Shown: positions 1-14,300 of the stretch, in pieces
Position numbering within the stretch: position 1 is the first letter of the stretch
Layout of the letters: every line of letters begins with the position of its first letter
NCBI RefSeq assembly: GCF_018977255.1
Contig: NW_024704908.1
Location: 1 to 64,000 of the forward strand
Direction of reading: 5' to 3'
Source of the DNA: Callorhinchus milii
Taxonomy: Eukaryota
Length of the DNA stretch: 64,000 nt
Translations under genes and position numbers: made by a program
The notes under the pieces: generated by a model
Databases searched by the model: none
What the model was told of the DNA's origin: nothing
The model's input: only the letters and a program-made list of their open reading frames with translations

Positions 1-234
1 CCCCCCCCCCCCCACCCGGTCCCTGACCTCCAGCTCGGGTCCAAAACACTGATTGTCCAGCGACTTGGGACCTCCTCCCAACATGAAGCCACTACAGAAA
101 TGTAACATCGTTGTATCTTTCTCTCTCCTTCTCTCTCTCTCTCTCCCTTCCTTTGGTTTTGTGGAGGTCCCCGGATCAAACCTCTGCTATTTGCTATTTT
201 ACGCTCTAATCGTTTCACTTGTTGATTTGTGTAG

Positions 235-1071
235 AAATTGCGGCACTGAAAGAGGAAGGCGGTGAGTCTACACCTTTACTATGTCCATCGCTCCAAACCT
301 CTCCTCCTTGTTCCTCTCTCCCCCAGCTCCACAGCCCCTGTAGCTCAGGGGTTAGACCCCTCCTCCCCTCGCAAGCCACAGCATTTCACCCACAAGATAC
401 ACAGTCACTACACTTTGCAGTGTATTCTGTGAAGCGCTTTGAGGGGCTGTATCAAATGCCAGGAAAATTATTATTGTTGTTGATGATGATGATGATGACG
501 ACAATGACTTTGTTGATGTTATTTATTGATGAACTTAACAACCTTCCTGACTGGGAATACTCACTGATCACAGAAAGATATTGTGTGGAAAAAGATGAGG
601 GTAAATATTCATTACATCGTTGTTTATTGACGTGTATTTATCGATACAGATTCAACTCTTCAATTTCATTGTCTCAGCTCCCAGCGTCGCTGTGTGCAAA
701 CCATCTTCCCTCCCCCACTCCCTCCCTCAATCCCTCCGCCTTGCCCCCTCCTTCTCTCCCTTCTTTCAAGTGGAGCAGGAGGGAGGGGTGGGGCGAAGTC
801 TTGCCCCTTCAACCTGTGCTTACGGCCCCCTCTCCCCTCCCCTCCCCCCCGGGCTCGGAGTCAGGCTCTGCCACGGTTAAGCTGTGAGTGAGACGCTGCT
901 CTGGGCGCTGTGTAAGTGCAAGTTGTTGTTCTCTCCTTCCATGTCGAAGGCAATTAATATTATTATTGAGGATCTTGTCATGAGTTTAGATTTTACGGGA
1001 ATAATCGTGGGTTATTTTTTATATCGTTTTTCCAGTAATCCGCAAGTTACAAGAGGAATTGTCTCTGATGA
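235..1071 (+). CDS. 3' micro-exons of an upstream gene (27, 27 and 36 nt, all phase 1); butyrophilin/BG-like heptad-exon architecture; partial
   Basis: Exons 235-261 (tgtgtag|...|gtgagt, CTCTAAT branch-like site at 204), 574-600 (cacag|...|gtaaat) and 1036-1071 (ttttccag|...|gtaagt) splice in frame to xIAALKEEG-ERYCVEKDE-VIRKLQEELSLM. A possible terminal exon starts at 1541 (weak acceptor, R-T-stop), followed by an AT-rich UTR with AATAAA near 1692 and 1722. Confidence 0.45.
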
Positions 1072-2194
1072 GTAAGTCATTTACAATCTGTACACCGTAG
1101 GTCGTGGGTACAAAGCCATCCCTCAGCCCCTCTCACCGGCCCCCCCCCCTCCACACACTCCCCCACCCACACACACACACAACCCCACCCACACTCCCCC
1201 ACCCACCCACACACACATTCTCCACGCCGCCGCCCCCCCCCCCCACACACACACACACACACTCAACACACACACTCCCCCACACCCCCTCCCAAACACA
1301 CACACCCGCACACACACACACTCCCCCACCCCCCTACCCACCCACCCACACACTCCCCTGGGGGAGGGGGGGGAGTGAACGTTAACACTTGTTATTGACC
1401 AAACTTTTTCTTTTTGTGTTTTGTGTTTTTTGTGTTTTGTGGTTTTTGTGTTTTGGGGTTTTTGTGTTTTATTTGGGGATAAAGAGAATGTGTTGTAAAC
1501 AAACAAAAAAAACCACAAGAGAAAGTTCATCGTTAACCAGGAACGTAACGAACAAAGGGACTGTGGGTTTCAGACCCCGTTGAATTGCCTTCTTTTTCCT
1601 TATTTGTCTGGTTCATTTTTAATCGCCTTCGCTCCTCTCTAACGCCCCCAAAAATAGATAAACTGAACCCAAAAATCGGAACCCCTCGCGAAATAAAAAT
1701 ATTAATAATTAATTATAAACAAATAAAGAAACTGACAATGACTTCTTTTTAAAAATAACCATTAAAACACGATTATAAAAAAACGTAAGAGTTAACTGTA
1801 AAAGTCAGATTTCCGCGAAGCTTTTAGCAATTTTGCTTCTTTGTAAATTGTGCTTTGATTTCGATGTTGGTTTTATCTCAAGGAATTAGAGACAAATTGC
1901 AGTGAATTAGATATAAAGTTTCTCGTAAAAAAAGCGGCTTATTAAATTTGAATAAAGGAAAATTATTCAACCAACCGAACGTCANNNNNNNNNNNNNNNN
2001 NNNNNNNNNNNNNNNNNNNNNNNNNNNNNNNNNNNNNNNNNNNNNNNNNNNNNNNNNNNNNNNNNNNNNNNNNNNNNNNNNNNNNNNNNNNNNNNNNNNN
2101 NNNNNNNNNNNNNNNNNNNNNNNNNNNNNNNNNNNNNNNNNNNNNNNNNNNNNNTTTAACGTATCGTCTGAATGATGGCGTCTCCGACAATGCG

Positions 2195-2552
2195 TCTCTC
2201 TCTCTCTCTCCCCATGGCCCTGACCAACCCGACTCTCCCGCTCTCCCCCCATAGCCCTGACCAACCCCCACTCCGCCGCTCTCCCCCCATAGCCCTGACC
2301 AACCCCACTCCCCCGCTCTCTCCCCATAGCCCTGACCAACCCAACTCTCCCGCTCTCCCCCCATAGCCCTGACCAACCCCCACTCCGCCGCTCTCTCCCC
2401 ATAGCCCTGACCAACCCCACTCCGCCGCTCTCTCCCCATAGCCCTGACCAACCCCTACTCCGCCGCTCTCTCCCCATAGCCCTGACCAACCCCACTCCGC
2501 CGCTCTCTCCCCATAGCCCTGACCAACCCCGCTCCCCCGCTCTCTCCCCATA
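2195..2552. repeat. ~40-bp minisatellite (CCCCATAGCCCTGACCAACCCCACTCCGCCGCTCTCT) grown from a CR1 ORF2 end
   Basis: About 9 tandem copies. On the minus strand they read GYGERAAEW, the same motif as the adjacent CR1 C-terminus (QDYGERAGE). Confidence 0.85.
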
Positions 2553-2745
2553 GTCCTGGAAACTTGTCCTCCCCAAATAATGATCTATTTCTCTCTTAAA
2601 AGTTGTTGTCAAATCGGCTTCCGTCAGCCTTTCAGTCAATGCATCCAAGATCCCAACAGCTCTCTGTGTGAAAACATTTCTCTTCACCTTTCCTCGGTTT
2701 CTTTTAACGACTATTTTAAACTGATGACCTCGGGTTACCATAGAC
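2545..2745 (-). mobile_element. CR1-type LINE 3' fragment
   Basis: Translates to RGHQFKIVVKRNRGKVKRNVFTQRAVGILDALTERLTEADLTTTFKREIDHYL, a typical CR1 ORF2 C-terminus. Confidence 0.8.
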
Positions 2746-3017
2746 ATATAGAATTGTACAGCACAGAAGGAAATGAAGGCATTAGAGACCAACACTAAAA
2801 GGATTATTGCATTATTATTAATGATGACGGATATTATTCCCAATGCCATTTTGAGCACAAAGTGAAATTTGAATGTTGAAACACAATTTGCATGAAGAGC
2901 CCAGCAATGGGGGTGGAGGCGTGTTCACCTCACGCTTCCTGATGTAAATTCCCGATGACATTCACATTTGCTGCGGGCGGAAAATATGACAGGTTGGTCT
3001 GACTTCATCCCCATTAG

Positions 3018-3945
<928 letters not shown>

Positions 3946-4389
3946 ACAGTTTCTCACCAGATGAACAGATTGGAGACAGAGTAAAGATCCCTCTGGATTT
4001 TGCCATCTTCCTCACCAAAGGCCTCACAGCATTTCACAAAGAATAGCTGTCTAGTGTTAACAAATGCGGAGGCCATTTGGCCTTCACACCCCCCCCCCCC
4101 CACACACACACACACACAGCTGTGATGTGAGTGAGCGAGGCCTTGGGGTGGTTGTTGACCAGCAGAGAAACTCCCTTCTATTTTCTCAAAGTTATTGAGG
4201 TGTTTTTAAAGTCTGGATTGAGCTGAACCACAAAACGCATGTGATTTCCCAATTGGTGTGTGTGCTGCTCAGCTCAGTGAGATGGCAGAGAGAGTTTCCA
4301 TTGTTCCTACATTTGACTGTCATTGCATATATTTTGCATGTTTAGAAAAATATCTTCTAGTTCCTTGTTCAGGGGCTGCTGTGTTTTGT

Positions 4390-5180
4390 GATCTGAGACA
4401 TATGTGTTTCCTTTCTTTCTCGCCATTCTCTCTATGAATCCCTCCAATCCGGCTTCTGCGCTGCCCACAGTGCCCACAGCACCTTGCCCAACAGCTCTGG
4501 TCAAAGTCACTAATGACATTCTGAACATCTGTGATCAGGGCTCCCGCTAAGTCCTTGTCCTCCTCGATCTCTCTGCTGCCTTCGACACTGTCCACCACTC
4601 CATCCTCATACACCACCGCTCTTTACTCTTCGCGGACCTGCCCTTGCCTCGTTCGATTCCTATTTTTCTCACCATCGCCACTTTGTTGCCTCTAACGGTG
4701 TCTCCTCCATCCCCCGCACTGCCACATATGGGGTCCCCCGGGGCTCTGTCCTTGTCCCCTATTTAATGTCTACATGCTCCCCCTCGGTGACATCATCCGC
4801 AGACATGGGTTTAAAATCTATATATATATGCGGATGACACCCAACTCATATCTTTCTACCTCCTAGTACCCTACCGACATGCCCACTCCCTCTGCTCAGC
4901 CGGCTCTGGCCTGCTCCATGTCCTCCCACCCATCCCACCATTCTGCCCCCAAGCTCAGGAATTCCATCCCCCAATCACTCCACCTTGCCCCATCCTTAGC
5001 CTCCTACAATTCCCACCTCAAAACCCTCCTCTTCGACCATGCCATTGGTCACCCCCCTTCCCCTCCCCTCCCTTCTCGCCACTTGGCCTCAGCTCGGGTC
5101 TGAAATGCTGTACATTGTCCAGTGCCTTGGGACGTCCTCCCGACGTGAAAACACTATACAAATGTAATCTTGTTGTTGTT
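4390..5180 (+). mobile_element. L2 LINE fragment (RT region plus 3' tail)
   Basis: Decayed ESLQSGF..TALVKVTNDIL..VLVLLDLSAAFDTVHH and YADDTQL motifs. Ends in the GGGACGTCCTCCCGACGTGAAA...(TTG)n tail seen many times in the window. Confidence 0.8.
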
Positions 5181-5264
5181 TGGTGCAAAAATAATCTCCA
5201 TCACTGTCTGTCAATAAGGTCTCTGTGGCAGTGAAATCTGATGCTGATTATACTACTCTGACAC

Positions 5265-6260
5265 ACAGTATCACAGAAACAGAGTAACACAGAACCAGAA
5301 TAACACAGAAACAAAGTAACACAGAAACAGAATAACATAGAAACAAAGTAACACAGAAACAAAGTATACAGAAACAGAATAACATAGAAACAAAGTAACA
5401 CAGAAACAGAGTATCGTAGAAACAGAGTAACACAGAAACAGAGTATCACAGAAACAGAGTAACACAGAAAGAGAGAAACACAGTAACATAGAACCACAGA
5501 AACATAGAAGGATCCCTTGAACCCCTGACTTAACAAACATCTCTCCACCTCAGTCTGGACAATGTCAATTAATCCACAACCTTTTTTGGAGAGAGAGAGA
5601 AATTCCCACTGGGCTTTGGGTGAGAAACTGCCCCTGATTTCACTCCTAAATGGCCTGGCTCTGATTTTAAGATGTTGCCCCTTGTTCTGGATTCCCCCTC
5701 CACCACCACCCACCAGAGGAAATAGTTTCCCTGTCTCTACCCTTTCGAATCCCTTTATTACTTTAAACACCTCAACCAGATCAGCCCTCACTCAACCTTC
5801 CAAACTCAAGGGAATAGAGATCGCGTTTATACAACCAGGCCTCGTAATGGAACCCTTTAAACCCCGGTATCATGCTGGTGATTCTGTGCTGCACCCCCTC
5901 CCCACAGAGCCAATATATCCTTCCTGAGGTGCGGGGCCCAAAACTCATCGCAGTCTCCCGATGGGCCTGACCAAGGCTCTATATAGTTGGAGCATCATTT
6001 CCTCTCCTTTATATTCCAGCCCCTGGAAATGAAGGCCAACATCCCATCAGCCGCTTCAATAACGTTGTGTGGCTGTGAGCTGGTTTAGTGATTGTGGACG
6101 TGGACACTCAAATCCCTTTGCTCCTCCACAATTCTTAGTTTCTCACAATTTAGAAAATATTTTGTTTTATTATTTTCGGATCCACAATGGATGACCTCAC
6201 ACTTCGCCGCATTGAATGTCATCTGCCACTGTTTAGCCCACACACCTTGTTAAACTTCAC
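5265..6260 (-). mobile_element. CR1 LINE fragment with an embedded minisatellite (copy 2, more complete)
   Basis: RADLVEVFKVIKGFERVETGKLFPL...LKIRARPFRSEIR. Direct repeat of 3200-3935 at about 2.17 kb spacing. Confidence 0.8.
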
Positions 6261-6659
6261 CAGCGGAGCTGGACTGGTTTCATATTGTACCAAATTCTTC
6301 TTTGAATACTTCCCACTGTGGGTCTGTGGGTTTACCCATTAACAGTTCAGGCCAGGTTACTGTAGTTCATTTATTTCTTATCCCTTTGAAGTTTGCCTCG
6401 CTTCAATTTAAAATCCCGATTGCGACTCTCCTTCTCCCTCTCAAACCTTATGTCAAATTCAATCATATTATGGTCACTATTTCCAAGATCTTCCCTTATA
6501 GTCTGGTTATAAAGAGCCTTTCACATCTGGAGGACGTCCCAAGGCGCAGGACAGTCAGGGATCTGGACCCCAGCTGGGGGTTGGGATCAGGAGCGAGTGG
6601 ATGGCGAGGAGGGAGGGGAATGAAAAAAAGGCTCTGTGTCGCTCCAGGAAACAATTGCT

Positions 6660-6815
6660 GATGATTTGCTGAGGAGGAAGCAAACTGCTGGAGTTGGTGT
6701 GTATATAGTTGGAGCGCTGTGGTTTCAGAGTTACTGTGGTTGCCGGGTATCTCACAGCCTCCACAGGAGCAGCCACACTGACCCCAGGACGGAGGAGTGA
6801 CAGGACGTCTGGAGG
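6660..6815 (+). promoter_or_regulatory. Putative promoter and non-coding first exon of the C-type lectin gene
   Basis: GAGGAAG (ETS/PU.1-like) at ~6674, TATATA at 6702, and a strong donor GG|GTGAGT at 6815/6816. The next acceptor is at 8270. Confidence 0.4.
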
Positions 6816-7019
6816 GTGAGTCTGTGAAGTGACTCCCACAAAATATACAGTCAATTCACTTTAAGGTGTATTCTGATATTGTCCTGATATCCCTCTGTGT
6901 AAAAAGAAATGTTTTACCTCTTGTCTCCCTCAGTCTGATCCGGTGATGATTTGAAGTTACTCTATGTCCAAGTTGTTGTTGTTGATGCCTCTGGTTTGGG
7001 ATTCACTGACCAGTGGAAC

Positions 7020-7395
7020 TTGGTAGATGTCTCTGGTGTTGGCTTGAGAGACACAGACAGGGCTGCGAGTTCAAGCCCACATCGGAGGCTTTGAGCTCCC
7101 AGTCTTGGCTGCCGTTCCAGTGATGTTCTGACGGCATTGCTAGTGGTTCTGGTTCTGTCCTTCAGGTGAGGAGTTAGACTGAGCTGCTGTCTGTCTGTTC
7201 AGGTGGACACTGAACATCCTGCAGCACAATTGGGAAAGAGAATTTCACCCAATGTCCCGGCCGACAATCCTCCAAATCAATTGCTCGTTCACCTCATGGC
7301 TGTGTGTGGGGGGATTTGATTGTATCCAGCGCCTTGGGACGTCCTCCCGACATGAAAGGCGCTTTACACACGCAATGTGTTGTTGTTGTTGTTGT
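7020..7395 (+). mobile_element. Deu-domain SINE (SacSINE/AmnSINE-like), decayed
   Basis: CTTCAGGTGAGGAGTTAGAC...TTCAGGTGGAC core with an L2-type tail. Related copies at ~16095-16345, ~20460-20880 and ~38005-38285. Confidence 0.6.
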
Positions 7396-7679
7396 GCAAA
7401 TTGGTGTTGTGTTTGTCTCAAGTCACTGCACTTGACAGTAAAAACTGAAAATAGTTCTCAGACACTTTATACCTGGAATTACACCTCCATCTCAAGGCAA
7501 ACCTCATTGCCCACTTTCTGTCATCTCTCTTTCATTCACTGCCACTCTCTCTCTCACTCTCTCTCTCTTTCTGTTTCTCACGTACTTGCTCTCTGTGACT
7601 CTTTCACTCTCACAATGTCTCATACTCTCGTTCACTGTCACTCACACTCTCTCTTTCTCACCCTCGGTATCCCTGTCTG

Positions 7680-7721
<42 letters not shown>

Positions 7722-8303
7722 ACTCACACTCTTTCTCCCTCTCTGTCGCTCCCTGTCTGTCACACTCTCACCTTCTCTGTCTCTCTCTCCCTCACCCCCT
7801 TTCACTCATACGCTCCCTCTCTCCCTCTGTCTCTCTCTCAATCTCACACACTCCCTCTCCCTGTCTCCCTCACTCTTTGTCTCCCTCTTTCTCTCTCTCC
7901 CTCTCTCACTGAGTCTCCCTCACACTTGCTTTCTCTCCNNNNNNNNNNNNNNNNNNNNNNNNNNNNNNNNNNNNNNNNNNNNNNNNNNNNNNNNNNNNNN
8001 NNNNNNNNNNNNNNNNNNNNNNNNNNNNNNNNNNNNNNNNNNNNNNNNNNNNNNNNNNNNNNNNNNNNNNNNNNNNNNNNNNNNNNNNNNNNNNNNNNNN
8101 NNNNNNNNNNNNNNNNNNNNNNNNNNNNNNNNNNNNNNNNNNNNNNNNNNNNNNNNNNNNNNNNNNNNNNNNNNNNNNNNNNNCTCTCAGTCTCTCTCTC
8201 TCTCACTGTCTCTGTCCCTCCCTCACCCTCTCAGTCTCTGTGCCCAGTAACATCGCCGCTTGTGTTGCAGACGCTGTTGTTGGTCTCCAACCCCCGGGTC
8301 ACA

Positions 8304-11300
8304 ATGAAGGACCTGTTCCTTCTGCTGTTGGTGCTGGTTCCAGGTCAGTCAACTCCCCCCTCACTGTCATTCCATATTTACCCCCCACACAGCACATCTG
8401 TCCCCACACACCCACACAGCACATCTGTCCCCACACAGCACATCTGTCCCATACCCCCACACAGCACATCTGTCCCCACACACCCACACAGTACATCTGT
8501 CCCCACACCCCCACACAGCACATAGGTCCCCACACACCCACACAGCACATCTGTCCCCACACACCCACACAGTACATCTGTCCCCACACACCCACACACA
8601 GCACATCTGTCCCCACACAACCACACACAGCACATCTGTCCCCACACACCCACACAGTACATCTGTCCCCACACACCCACACACAGCACATCTGTCCCCA
8701 CACACAGCACATCTGTCCCCACACAGCACATCTGTCCCCACACACCCCCACACAGCACATCTGTCCCCACACCCCCACATAGCACATCTGTCCCCGCACA
8801 CCCACACAGTACATCTGTCCCCACACACTCACACACAGCACATCTGTCCCCACACACAGCACATCTGTCCTCACACACATCACATCTGTCCCCACACACA
8901 GCACAACTGTCCCCACAGCCCCACACCAACACATTTGTCCCCACCCCCACACACACAGCACATCTGCCCCCAACCCCCCCACACAGCACATCTGTCCCCA
9001 CCCTCACTCAGTCACTCACTCACACAGTCACTCACACAGTCACTCACACACACAGTCACTCACACGCTCACAGTCACTCAAACAGTCACTCAAACAGTCA
9101 CTCACACAGTCACTCACTTACAGTCACTCACTCACTCACACAGTCACTCACACAATCACTCACACAATCACACACTTACAGTCACTCACTCAGTCACTAC
9201 AGTCACTCATTCAGCATCACTCACTCACACAGGCACTCACTCACCCTCACTCACACATTCACTCCTCACACAGTGTTTCAACAGTCAACTCAGTCACCCA
9301 TTCACTCACACAGTTACTCGCTCACACAGTCACTTGCTCACACAGTCACTCGCTCACACAGCCATTCACAGTCACTCACTCACTCACACAGTCACACACT
9401 CACACAGTGAGTCACTCACATAGTGAGTCACTCACACAATCGCAGTCACTCACACGGCCACTCACTTACATTCACTCTCATTCAGTCACGACAGTCACTC
9501 ACTCAGCATCATTGACTCACATAGGCACTCACTCACCCTCTCACACATTCACTCCTCCAACAATGATTCAACACACAGTCGCTCGCTCACACAGTCACTT
9601 ACTCACTCACACAGTCACTCACACACACACAGTCAATCAGTCACTAAACAATCACTTACACAGTCACTCATTCACCTTCACTCACATGGTCACTCATTCA
9701 CACAGTCACATAGTCACTCACAGTTGCTCACTCACACACTCACTCACTGCACACTCACTCACACACCCTCACTCACGCAATCACACAGTCACTCACACAC
9801 ACAGTCACTCACACAAATAGTCACTCACACACACAGTCAATCACACACACAGTCACTCACACACACAGTCACTCAACAACAAGAACAACAAGATTGCATT
9901 TATAGAGCGCCTTTCACGTCGGGAGGACGTCCAAGGCACTGGACAGTTGGTCGGGACTCGAGCATTGGGGGGAAAATGGTCAGGGTGACGGGAGGGGAAG
10001 GAGCGAGGAGGGAAGGGAAGGGAGGGAGTGAGGAGGGAAGGGACGGGAGGGAGGGAGCGAGGAGCGGAGGGAAGGGAGGGAGCGAGGAGGGGAGGGGGAG
10101 TGGGGGAGGGGAGTGTGGGGAGGGGGAATGTGCGGTGTGGTGGAGTGGAGGGGGAGTGTGGGCGGAGGGGGAGTGTGGGGGGAGGGGAGTGTGGGGGGAG
10201 GGGGAGTGTGCGGTGTGGGGGAGTGCAGTTGATCACCAATTGTCACCGATCCTCACCTTCCCGTCATTTGCTCCAACAAACACGACGACAGATGTTTCCT
10301 CCTCTTCGCAGCGGTACAGACCATCCAATCCCCGGACAGAGAGTATCACAGGATCGACACGACCAGAACCTGGACTGAAGCCCAGGAACACTGCCGCAGT
10401 CACTACACGGATCTCGTGAGCATCCGGAGCCCAGAGGAGAAGAGGCTCATTGATCCCCTGTTTGTTGGCGGTCAGTGGGTCTGGATCGGGCTGTACAATA
10501 ATGACCAGACTGAGGTCGGCTGGAAATGGTCAAGTGGAGACAACGTCAACTATAATCACTGGGGATATTGGGAACCGAATGATTACATGTCCGGATCAGT
10601 CTGTGTCACTGTGCGCAACAGTGGAGATGGTGATAGTGTTTGGATTGACACTGAATGCCATCTCACATACCATTTCGTCTGTTTCACAGGTAATGAGTGT
10701 GTGGCTGACACGACACGTGAGCCCCGCCCCCTCCTGCTGTCACTCACTGGGCTGTCCAGCCATGAGGGGCGGGGCTGGAGGACTGACCCTCATGCCCAGC
10801 TCCGCCCCCTCCTGCTGTCACTCACTGGCCTGTCCAGCCATGAGGGGCGGGGCTGGAGGACTGACCCTCATGCCCAGCTCCGCCCCCTCCTGCTGTCACT
10901 CACTGGCCTGTCCAGCCATGAGGGGCGGGGCTGGAGGACTGACCCTCATGCTCAGCTCCGCCCCTCCTGCTGTCACTCACTGGGCTGTCCAGCCATGAGG
11001 GGCGGGGCTGGAGGACTGACCCTCATGCTCAGCTCCGCCCCTCTTCACAATAACTAAAAGTTTATAAAAATGATAATTTTTTCACCCAATCAGTGACTGT
11101 TTGTGGGACGTCGCTGCGCACTATTGGCTGCCGTGTTACGCCCACAAAATACAGTTACTACACTTTGCAGTGTATCCTGTGAAGAGCTTTGGGACGTCTC
11201 GAAGACACGAAAAGGCGCTGTGACAAGTGCCAGAATTATTATTATTATTATTATTGCTAATAATATTTTCTCTTCGCAGCTCTGTCCATCCAATCCCCGG

Positions 11301-14300
11301 ACAGAGAGTATCACAGGATCGACACGGCCAGAAACTGGACTGACTTACAGTCACTCACTCACTCACACACAGTCACTCACACAATCACTCACACAATCAC
11401 ACACTTACAGTCACTCACTCAGTCACTACAGTCACTCATTCGGCATCACTCACTCACACAGGCACTCACTCACCCTCACTCACACATTCACTCCTCACAC
11501 AGTGTTTCAACAGTCAACTCAGTCACCCATTCACTCACACAGTTACTCGCTCACACAGTCACTTGCTCACACAGCCATTCACAGTCACTCACTCACTCAC
11601 TCACACAGTCACACACTCACACAGTGAGTCATTCACACAGTGAGTCACTCACATAGTGAGTCACTCACACACTCACAGTCACTCACACGGCCACTCACTT
11701 ACATTCACTCTCATTCAGTCACGACAGTCACTCACTCAGAATCATTGACTCACATAGGCACTCACTCACCCTCTCACACATTCACTCCTCCAACAATGAT
11801 TCAACACACAGTCGCTCGCTCACACAGTCACTTACTCACTCACACAGTCACTCACACACACACACAGTCAGTCACTAAACAATCACTTACACAGTCACTC
11901 ATTCACCTTCACTCACACGGTCACTCATTCACACAGTCACATAGTCACTCACAGTTGCTCACTCACACACTCACTCACTGCACACTCACTCACACACCCT
12001 CACTCACGCAATCACACAGTCACTCACACACACAGTCACTCACACAAATAGTCACTCACACACACAGTCAATCACACACACAGTCACTCACACACACAGT
12101 CACTCAACAACAAGAACAACAAGATTGCATTTATAGAGCGCCTTTCACGTCGGGAGGACGTCCCAAGGCACTGGACAGTTGGGTCGGGACTCGAGCATTG
12201 GGGGGAAAATGGTCAGGGTGAGGGAGGGAGGGAAGGAGCGAAGAGGGAAGGGTAGGGAGGGAGTGAGGAGGGAAGGGATGGGAGGGAGCGAGGAGCGGAG
12301 GGAAGGGAGGGAGCGAGGAGGGGAGGGAAGGGAGGGAACGAGCAGGGGGTAGAGAGTCAAGAGGGGAGCTGAAGCTCACACACACAGTCACTCACACACA
12401 CAGTCGCTCACACAATTCACTCACACAGCCACTGACTCATACAGTCACTCACACAGTCACTCATTCACAGTCACTCACAGTCACACACCCAGTTACACAT
12501 AATCACTCACTCACACAGTCACTCATTCACACAGTCACTCACAATCACTCACTCCCTCACACAGTCACTCACTCATTCCCTCACACAGTCATTCACTGAC
12601 TCACTCACAGTCACTCACTCACACAATCACTCAGTCACTCACTCACATAGTCACAAAGTCATTCACACATACAGCGGGGAGGGGAGTGTTGTGGGGGGGT
12701 GCGGAGTGGGGGAGTGTGTGGGGTGCAGAGTGTGGAGGGAGACTGTGGGACTGGGAGTGTGGGGGCGAGGGGGAGTGTGCGGTGTGGGGAGTGGTGGAGG
12801 GGGAGTGTGGGGGAGGGGAGTGTGCGGGGTGGGGGGTGTGGGGCGAAGGGGAGTGTGCGGTGTGGGGGAGGGGGAGGGGGAGTGTGCGGGGAGGGGAGTG
12901 TGGGGGGGAGTGTTGGGGGGGGGTGTGTGGGGGTGGGGAGTGTGCGGTGTGGGGAGTGGGGGGGAGGGGGAGTGTGCAGGGAGGGGGAGTGTGGGGGGAG
13001 TGTGGGTGGGGGAGTGGGGTGGGAGTGTGGGGGGGGGGAGTGTGGGGTGGAGGGGGAGTGTGGGGGGGGGGAGTGGGGGAGGGGAGTGTGGGGAGGGGAG
13101 TGTGGGGGAGGGGAGTGTGAGGGAGGGGAGTGTGGGGGGAGGGGAGTGTGGGGGAGGGAGTGTGGGGGGAGGGGGAGTGTGGGGGGAGGTGGGGGGGAGT
13201 GGGGGGAGGGGGAGTGTGGGGGAGGGGAGTGTGGGGGAGGGGGAGTGTGGGGGAGGGGAGTGTGGGGGAGGGGGAGTGTGCGGTGTGGGGGAGTGCAGTT
13301 GATCACCAATTGTCACGATCCTCACCTTCCCGTCATTTGCTCCAACAAACACGACGACAGATGTTTCCTCCTCTTCGCAGCGGTACAGACCATCCAATCC
13401 CCGGACAGAGAGTATCACAGGATCGACACGACCAGAACCTGGACTGAAGCCCAGGAACACTGCCGCAGTCACTACACGGATCTCGTCAGCATCCGGAGCC
13501 CAGAGGAGAAGAGCCTCATTGATCCCCTGTTTGTTGGCGGTCAGTGGGTCTGGATCGGGCTGTACAATAATGACCAGACTGAGGTCGGCTGGAAATGGTC
13601 AAGTGGAGACAACGTCAACTATACTCACTGGGGACATAGGGACCCGAATGATTACATGTCCGGATCAGTCTGTGTCACTGTGTACAACAGTGGAGATGGT
13701 GGTGGTGTTTGGAATGATGGTGTCTGCGACACCAAACGCCCTTTCCTCTGTTTCACAGGTAATGAGCGTGTGGCTGACATGACAGAGTGATCTCAGCAGC
13801 GACTCCCGGGGGCTGTGGGCAGTGGGCGGTGGGTGTGGGCTGTGGGGGGCGGTGGGGGGCGGTGGGTGTGGGCTGTGGTGCGGGCGGTGGCGGTGGTGGG
13901 GGCGGTGGGTGTGGGGTTGGGTCACTGATGTTCTGGGACAGTGCAGAGAGAGAGAGCTTTTCTCTGCCTCTGACCTGCGCTGTAACCAACATCGCTGTCC
14001 ATCAGATGGGAATAACGTACCACAGGACGATCCGGAGGTCGCCCGAGTGTGTGTTTTATTGCTGGTAACTGCAGTGCGTGAATGTGGGGTAAGAGATTAG
14101 AACGGTCCCCTGTACAGGGCCCGTAACTCCCACGTGTTTATTTCCAGAGAGAAAGACACCAACAACAGCTCCGTCCACTGCCGCTCCTGAAACCGCCCCA
14201 TCCACAGCCGCCAGAGACACCTTCACCCCATCACAGAGCCCAGCGACCGAGCCCACCTCCCGCTCAGAGCCAGGTCAGTGTCCATGGGCTGCCCGTCAGG

